Shown here: positions 25,376-32,000 of the stretch, one piece after another
How the letters are laid out: each line of letters starts with the position of its first letter
Numbering within the stretch: the first letter of the stretch is position 1
DNA from: Verrucomicrobiota bacterium
GTDB lineage: Bacteria > Verrucomicrobiota > Verrucomicrobiia > Limisphaerales > UBA11358
NCBI GenBank assembly: GCA_049517655.1
Contig: JBEKRQ010000002.1
Coordinates: 480,083-512,082 of the forward strand
Length of the DNA: 32,000 nucleotides
Direction: 5' to 3'
Translations under genes and position numbers: made by a program
Notes under the pieces: generated by a model
What the model was told of the DNA's origin: nothing
Seen by the model: the letters and a program-made list of their open reading frames with translations, nothing else
Databases searched by the model: none

Positions 25376-26023
25376 TCAAATTTGGTATGTTTCTTTTTTT
25401 GTCTCCCCGCGTTCCACGGTGGTGGAGTGGCTGGGAATTGAATTTGCCTGAAGCAGACTTACCGCCTCTTCCGCGCGGAAGTTGGGCAGGAAATGGACTG
25501 CGCCGCGCGCATTGAAGCAGGCGCGTTTGGCTTCACGGACGCCGAGGTCGCGGCAAAACTCCTGAAAATCCAAAAGGGACAGAAAGTGCAGATTATGGGT
25601 GCGATACCATGGTGCCGGCAATGAGCTCGTAATCGGGGTGCGACCCCGGAACAAAATTTGCGCGCGGACGCGGACGTGGGCAAAATTGGCGTAGGAAACG
25701 ATGACCTCCCGCCCGACGCGGAACGCCTCGCGGATGATTTCCGCCGGCGAAATCAGTTCCTGAAACGTGCCGAGCAGCAGCACAAAATCAAACGCGCTGT
25801 CGCCATACTGATCCAGACCGTCGGCGATGTCACTTTGATGCACAGTCAGTCCGCGTTCGACGCAGCGCGCGACAAGGGCGGAATCTTTTTCCACGCCTTC
25901 GCCGGTCACCAGCCGGGTTTGAACCAGGCGGGCGAGAAAGGCGCCGTCGCCGGTTCCCAAATCCAACACGCGGGATTTTTCGGGAATCCATTCCAACACA
26001 GTTTTGTAAATGCCGGGGTGCAT
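25376..26023 (-). CDS. metW: methionine biosynthesis protein MetW
   Basis: [13 protein letters not shown] is a methyltransferase-like fold. The family pattern is typical and the gene sits immediately downstream of metX. Confidence 0.85.
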   Translation of the reverse strand: MHPGIYKTVLEWIPEKSRVLDLGTGDGAFLARLVQTRLVTGEGVEKDSALVARCVERGLTVHQSDIADGLDQYGDSAFDFVLLLGTFQELISPAEIIREAFRVGREVIVSYANFAHVRVRAQILFRGRTPITSSLPAPWYRTHNLHFLSLLDFQEFCRDLGVREAKRACFNARGAVHFLPNFRAEEAVSLLQANSIPSHSTTVERGETKKETYQI

Positions 26024-26026
26024 GGT

Positions 26027-27208
26027 TTAGTTTCGCGGCTGGCGATATTCGTTTTCGAGGTAATGGCGAACAATGTTCGCGAACGGGGGGTTCTCGATCA
26101 GGAACGAGTCGTGGCCGTAAGGTGTTTCCAGGTTGATGTAGGTCACCGCGACATTGGCGCGCTTGAGCAGGCGAACCAGTTCGCGCGATTGCGACGGCGG
26201 ATACAGCCAGTCGGACGCGAACGAGATGACCAGGAAACGCGCGTCCACCCGGCGCAATACTCCCGCCGCCGGGCCGTTCTCAAAAAGGTCGAATTGGTCA
26301 ACCGCTTTCGTAAGATAAAGGTAGGAATTCGGATCGAACCGTTTGACAAAACTCTGACCTTGGTGCTGGAGATAGCTTTCCACTGAGAATAATGCCGTTT
26401 CGTCTTTGCTCGAATCCCCGGACTTCTGCCGTTTGCGCCCGAACTTATGGGCCATGCCATACTCGCTGAGATAGGTGACGTGCCCGACCATTCGCGCCAC
26501 CGCCAGGCCGTGAACAGGACGCCGGTCTTCGGAATAATTGCCGTCGTTCCAGTCCGGATCGCTGAGGATGGCATGACGGCCGATTTCGTTGAATGCGATT
26601 TGCATCGCAGTATGGGAAGAGCATGTGGCGATGGGAACGCAGACGCGCACGCGCCCGGGATGTTCCACCGCCCAGACCAACGCCTGCATCCCGCCCATCG
26701 AACCGCCGATCACGGCGAAGAGTTGCAGGATTCCCAGACGGTCGAGCAACTTCGCCTGCACAGCCACAATGTCCCGGACGGTCACGGGAGGAAAACTCAT
26801 GGCGTATGGTTTGCCGGCGTCGGGACGCAACGAGGCCGGGCCGGTTGTGCCACCGCAACCGCCCAAAACACTGGCGCAAATGACGAAGAATTTGTCGGTA
26901 TCAATCGCCTTGCCGGGGCCAACGTGATAATCCCACCAGCCCGGGCGACCCGTGTCTGGATGCGTGCCTGCCACGTGCGCGTCACCCGACAGGGCGGGGC
27001 AAATCAGAATCGCATTGTCACGCGCCGGGGAAAGCGTCCCCAGCGTTTGATACGACACGTCCACGTGATCGAATGTGAATCCCGACTGGGTCTGCAATCC
27101 CGGCAACTTAATCGTTTCGGTCCGCGTCACCCCCAGTGGCGACTGGTAGTTTATGATCTTTTGATCCTGAAGATCGCCCTGAGCGGTGTTGGTTTGCTGC
27201 ACGGTCAT
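26027..27208 (-). CDS. metX: homoserine O-acetyltransferase
   Basis: NAILICPALSGDAHVAG..., GGSMGGMQAL (nucleophile elbow) and YGHDSFL. 393 aa. Confidence 0.9.
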   Translation of the reverse strand: MTVQQTNTAQGDLQDQKIINYQSPLGVTRTETIKLPGLQTQSGFTFDHVDVSYQTLGTLSPARDNAILICPALSGDAHVAGTHPDTGRPGWWDYHVGPGKAIDTDKFFVICASVLGGCGGTTGPASLRPDAGKPYAMSFPPVTVRDIVAVQAKLLDRLGILQLFAVIGGSMGGMQALVWAVEHPGRVRVCVPIATCSSHTAMQIAFNEIGRHAILSDPDWNDGNYSEDRRPVHGLAVARMVGHVTYLSEYGMAHKFGRKRQKSGDSSKDETALFSVESYLQHQGQSFVKRFDPNSYLYLTKAVDQFDLFENGPAAGVLRRVDARFLVISFASDWLYPPSQSRELVRLLKRANVAVTYINLETPYGHDSFLIENPPFANIVRHYLENEYRQPRN

Positions 27209-27220
27209 TTTGTTCCCTCT

Positions 27221-28603
<1,383 letters not shown>

Positions 28604-28658
28604 TCACATCGCCTGAAAGCGGGTGCTGACGCCAGACCTCCAAACTGAATCGTGTGCG

Positions 28659-29654
28659 TTAGAATTCCCATTTGGTTGTAATGCCCCAGACACCATTGGC
28701 TTCGTGATTCAGCACATTGCCGAAATGGCCGTACCCGGCGGCCAAGGTCAAGTGTTTGTTGACGACATAAGCGGCGTCCATCGTCCACCAGTCACCCTCG
28801 GCGCGCACGAGACTGCCGATGGGGCGGTAATCGTTTGGTTGTTGCTTGTATTCCGCCGCCAGTGCGAAATTACCGGTGACGAACACCACCACGTTGCCCT
28901 CGAAGAGGTAGCTGTAGCTGTCGGTGAATCCGCCCAACCCTTCCCAGACACCTTTGGTGGCCCGCCCACCGGCTTCGAGCAATACCGGCCGCGGCAATTG
29001 GGTGAACAGTTTCGAGGCGTAGAGCGTAAAGTCCACGCCGTCGTGATATTTGATGCCGGCATTGGCCAGCGCGCCACCCACATCGTGGTTCAGCTGGTCG
29101 AAGCTGTCGTTATACTTGTAATGCACGCCGGCGGTAACGGCCGGAATCCATTTCTGGTCGAACTCGCCTTCCTTCAAAATTTGGAAGCGCGCGTTGAAGT
29201 TATGCAATTGCACTTCGTCGGTGGGGATGCCGCCGAGCGCCTGCGGCAAATCGCCCAGACCCAATCGGTCCCAGCCATAGCCGAGTTCAAGCCGCTTGAA
29301 CGGCGATTCGGTGACGGTAAATGCTTCGAGATTCTGCGCGTGGCCGAGGTTGACGTAGGCAAAGCCGACGCTCGGACGGCCAATGGGCTCGCCGTTGCGC
29401 GGCGGATTGACGATGTAGGCCGACAGCGTGGCAAAGATGCCGCCGTTGCCTTCGATCTGATGCAACGGCAACGGCGCGCCTTTCTCGGCAGGCTTGGCTG
29501 CGGGCGCCGGTTGCGCCGGCGGCGCGGTGGTCTGGGTTTCATCAGCGTTCGCGCCCCAGCCCGCCGCGACCAAAAGCGCGGCAAGCCAGACAGTGGAACG
29601 GCTTCGATGACGTTTATTATACTTCCCTCTACGGATATGTTGGCTGTTTTTCAT
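28659..29654 (-). CDS. outer-membrane beta-barrel protein (DUF3034-like, recalled from memory)
   Basis: Signal peptide ...WLAALLVAAGWGANA, alternating beta-strand pattern and a C-terminal ...GITTKWEF (terminal Phe). It is embedded between a YezD-like gene and metY. Confidence 0.6.
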   Translation of the reverse strand: MKNSQHIRRGKYNKRHRSRSTVWLAALLVAAGWGANADETQTTAPPAQPAPAAKPAEKGAPLPLHQIEGNGGIFATLSAYIVNPPRNGEPIGRPSVGFAYVNLGHAQNLEAFTVTESPFKRLELGYGWDRLGLGDLPQALGGIPTDEVQLHNFNARFQILKEGEFDQKWIPAVTAGVHYKYNDSFDQLNHDVGGALANAGIKYHDGVDFTLYASKLFTQLPRPVLLEAGGRATKGVWEGLGGFTDSYSYLFEGNVVVFVTGNFALAAEYKQQPNDYRPIGSLVRAEGDWWTMDAAYVVNKHLTLAAGYGHFGNVLNHEANGVWGITTKWEF

Positions 29655-29743
29655 GTTTACATTTCAATCACCAGCAAACTTCCGGTCATCCGGTCAGCAG
29701 CTCTTTCTGTTTTATTTTCACGCCTCCAGCCTTCTGGTCGGCC

Positions 29744-29932
29744 TTAAATGGTTTCTGCGTGAAGATTTTCCAGCCGGATCCGCTCGGTCTTGTCAATCTG
29801 CGTGACCTGCGAATCATGGACAACCACTTGCACCACGCCGTAGCGCAGCGAACCAACTTGGCGGAGGACAATGTCCAGCCAAGCCGGTTTTTTACCAGCA
29901 CCCTCGATAAATTCGATTTTGTTCTCGCTCAT
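29744..29932 (-). CDS. YezD-like small protein (DUF2292 family)
   Basis: 62 aa. SLRYGVVQVVVHDSQVTQIDKTERIRL matches the YezD pattern. It is preceded by a strong promoter-like sequence. Confidence 0.6.
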   Translation of the reverse strand: MSENKIEFIEGAGKKPAWLDIVLRQVGSLRYGVVQVVVHDSQVTQIDKTERIRLENLHAETI

Positions 29933-29964
29933 TTTAAGTCTTTCTCAATTAATTTTCATCATCA

Positions 29965-30014
29965 AATAACGACCAAATATATCGTTATTCTATACCACAA
30001 GTCAGGACTGTCAA
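29965..30014 (-). promoter_or_regulatory. sigma70-like promoter with an overlapping 8-bp-arm palindrome (candidate Rrf2 operator)
   Basis: On the minus strand: TTGACA (30014..30009), 16 nt, TAGAAT (29992..29987). A perfect inverted repeat AATAACGA-N9-TCGTTATT (29965-29989) overlaps the -10 and the predicted transcription start. Confidence 0.5.
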
Positions 30015-30033
30015 CTGCTTTTCTGATTTTTTT

Positions 30034-30495
30034 CTAAATACCGTCTCCGCCAATAAAAACGGCGTAAACCTCTTGTTTTGAGACTGGAGAACCTTTGGCC
30101 ACTTCAGCCAGCGTCGCCCGTTCCATTACGCCGGTCACATAATTTCGTGCATCAAGGAAAACGCGGCGAAAACGGCAGACTGGTTCCTGTGAACAGCGTT
30201 TGTAGGCCGTGACTGAAACACACCCAATTGGGGCTAAAATGCCGTCAAAATGACGCACCACCTCACCCATCGTAATCTTGGCAGGACTTTTTGAGAGGAT
30301 GTATCCGCCACGCATTCCCGCCACGCTGTTCACCCAGCCTTGAGTTTTGAGATCGAGCATAATCTGCTCAAGAAACCGCTTGGGAATATCATTCCGCCGG
30401 GCTAATTCGCGAATGGGAATCGGCGCTCCGCCATAATGATCCACCAGAGTGAACAAAGCGCGCAGTGCGTAGTCTATTTTTTTTGAAACGCGCAT
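30034..30495 (-). CDS. Rrf2-family transcriptional regulator (CymR/IscR-like)
   Basis: MRVSKKIDYALRALFTLV... winged-HTH domain. Three Cys residues (C..CSQEPVC) lie in the position of the Rrf2 cluster ligands. Confidence 0.85.
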   Translation of the reverse strand: MRVSKKIDYALRALFTLVDHYGGAPIPIRELARRNDIPKRFLEQIMLDLKTQGWVNSVAGMRGGYILSKSPAKITMGEVVRHFDGILAPIGCVSVTAYKRCSQEPVCRFRRVFLDARNYVTGVMERATLAEVAKGSPVSKQEVYAVFIGGDGI

Positions 30496-30503
30496 GATAA
30501 AAG

Positions 30504-30531
30504 ACGATAATCCTAGTCGGATTTAAGTCAA
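30504..30531 (-). promoter_or_regulatory. candidate promoter giving a leaderless or near-leaderless Rrf2 mRNA
   Basis: On the minus strand: TTGACT (30531..30526), 16 nt, TATCGT (30509..30504). Only 8 nt separate the -10 from ATG 30495 and there is no SD. The spacer contains AATCC-N5-GGATT. Confidence 0.35.
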
Positions 30532-30568
30532 CACTTCTTTTCCATGAGCCATCCGTCACGGGCTTTGC

Positions 30569-31663
30569 TTAACTGATAATCCGGTGTCCCTCGTCGAGGA
30601 AAATGCCCTTGAAATTCATCTCCAATGCCTGTGGGTTGGTGGCTTTGGCCAACGCCTCTTTCTCAGTCACACGGCCCATTTTAACCAAATTGAACAATGA
30701 TTGGTTGAATGTGAGCATTCCGTCATCCATGCCGGTTTCGATGGCAGTGGGCAATTTGTCGAGGCGGTTCTCTTCAAGAAGTTTCCTTACCATCGGCGTG
30801 TTAATCATAATCTCCAGCGCCGGGGTAAGTTTCCCGTTCACCATGTTGACCATGCGCTGGCAAATCACAGCCCGCAACGTGCCTGCAATTTGCCGGCGAA
30901 TTTGTTCGCGTTCCTCAACTTTGAAAAAATCAAGAATGCGATTGATGGATTGCGATGCGTTGGTCACGTGCAGGGTGGACAAGATGAGATGCCCTGTCTC
31001 CGCCGCGCTCATAGCCGAGAAAAAACTGATGTTGTCGCGCATTTCGCCGATCATGATGACATCAGGGTCCTGGCGCAGAATGTGGACGAGCGCGTTGTGA
31101 AAGGACAGTGTGTCGAGACCGATCTCGCGTTGTTCAATCACCGATTGATTGTCTTCAAAAACATATTCAATCGGGTCTTCGAGTGTGATAATGTGTTTTT
31201 TGAAATTGTCGTTGATGTGTTCAATCATCGCCGCAAGCGTGGTGGACTTGCCACAGCCGGTCGTCCCTGCCAGAAGCACGATGCCCCGCGGCGATTCCGC
31301 GACTTTTTTAATCTGCTCCAGCAAGCCAAGTTCTTCAAAGCTTGGCACGTGCGTTTTGACGAAACGCATGGACAAACACCATTGGCCGCGCTGCTGAAAT
31401 AAATTGGTGCGAAACCGGCCGATGCCCGAAACGAAATAGGAAAAATCAATTTCACGCTCTTCCTCCAACCGCTTGCGCAAATGAGGTGGCGTGATGGTTT
31501 CGACGATTTTCGCCATCCATTCCACCGTCGGGAAGGGCGAATCCACCGCGATGAGTTCACCGTTAATGCGAATAATAACCGGCGTGCCGTCTTTCAGGTG
31601 CACATCCGAGGCCGCGCCATCGACGGCTGCTTTCAAAATGCGATAAAAAGCTTCCATGCGCAC
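30569..31663 (-). CDS. pilT: type IV pilus retraction ATPase PilT
   Basis: ASDVHL..., Walker A GTTGCGKSTTLAAMI, DPIEY, the Asp box and MIGEMRD. Confidence 0.9.
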   Translation of the reverse strand: MRMEAFYRILKAAVDGAASDVHLKDGTPVIIRINGELIAVDSPFPTVEWMAKIVETITPPHLRKRLEEEREIDFSYFVSGIGRFRTNLFQQRGQWCLSMRFVKTHVPSFEELGLLEQIKKVAESPRGIVLLAGTTGCGKSTTLAAMIEHINDNFKKHIITLEDPIEYVFEDNQSVIEQREIGLDTLSFHNALVHILRQDPDVIMIGEMRDNISFFSAMSAAETGHLILSTLHVTNASQSINRILDFFKVEEREQIRRQIAGTLRAVICQRMVNMVNGKLTPALEIMINTPMVRKLLEENRLDKLPTAIETGMDDGMLTFNQSLFNLVKMGRVTEKEALAKATNPQALEMNFKGIFLDEGHRIIS

Positions 31664-31722
31664 AGATTAGCAAATTCGTTTTCAAACGCCAGCCAAGAAA
31701 GGTTGTGTTCTAATTTGCCTCC

Positions 31723-31794
31723 GGAGCGCGGGCTTCAGCCCGCTTCGGCGCCCAAATGACAAGGGACAACGAAGCGGCATAAATGCCGCGCTCC
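31723..31794. repeat. composite GC-rich hairpin element (REP-like) in the divergent pilT/mtnP spacer
   Basis: Outer stem GGAGCGCGG/CCGCGCTCC (31723-31731 / 31786-31794). Inner hairpins GCGGGCttcaGCCCGC (31728-31743) and GCGGCAtaaaTGCCGC (31774-31789). It shares the core ATGCCGC(G)CTCC with the 18906-18922 element. Confidence 0.6.
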
Positions 31795-31862
31795 TTCAAT
31801 TAGGACATTACCCCAAGAAAAACACTGGCGACTTTTTGCCGCGGCAATGCTATAAAGCTGCG

Positions 31863-32000
31863 CATGTCGAAGCATCGCATTGGAATCATCGGCGGCACGG
31901 GACTTTACAACATCGAAGGCTTCACAAACCAGAAATGGGTGAAGGTCAAAACACCATTCGGTTCGCCATCGGATGATTTGCTCACGGGCAGGCTGGCCGG
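31863..32000 (+). CDS. mtnP: S-methyl-5'-thioadenosine phosphorylase, 5' partial (runs off the window)
   Basis: MSKHRIGIIGGTGLYNIEGFTNQKWVKVKTPFGSPSDDLLTGRLAG is a typical MTAP N-terminus. It is not in the ORF track because it is truncated. Confidence 0.8.

Overview
32-kb chromosomal window from a moderately GC-rich bacterium. Gene content and repeat style suggest a PVC/Verrucomicrobiota-like genome, but that is inference only. There are about 35 protein genes, mostly housekeeping and mostly on the minus strand. From left to right: a pseudopilin operon (including a truncated ORF at the left edge that the ORF track omits), tsaB-tsaE-thiL, a CPBP protease, a FIST protein, lysA, a secreted Pro/Thr-repeat protein, a squalene/phytoene-synthase-family gene, argH, two tandem zinc-ribbon paralogs, pncC, a hybrid response-regulator/histidine kinase, a leuC-like dehydratase, dus, trpS, recF and tRNA-His. 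These are followed by a long sulfur-amino-acid block (Rrf2 regulator, YezD-like, DUF3034-like outer-membrane barrel, metY-metX-metW-cysK), pilT and the start of mtnP. Accessory content is small. (i) A REPtron-like unit: an IS200-family Y1 transposase between inverted hairpin arrays, next to a frameshifted GIY-YIG gene. (ii) A low-GC two-gene cassette with overlapping ORFs of unrecognised family at 19.0-20.2 kb. (iii) A 106-bp repeat present twice in dus, once in frame inside the coding region. (iv) A decaying tandem paralog carrying a malectin insertion. (v) A heptamer-periodic palindrome at the recF/trpS junction. I do not see a well-supported multi-gene novel system. The 19.0-20.2 kb cassette and the in-frame dus repeat are the best candidates. 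Every functional reading of them is inference from hand inspection, with no database search.
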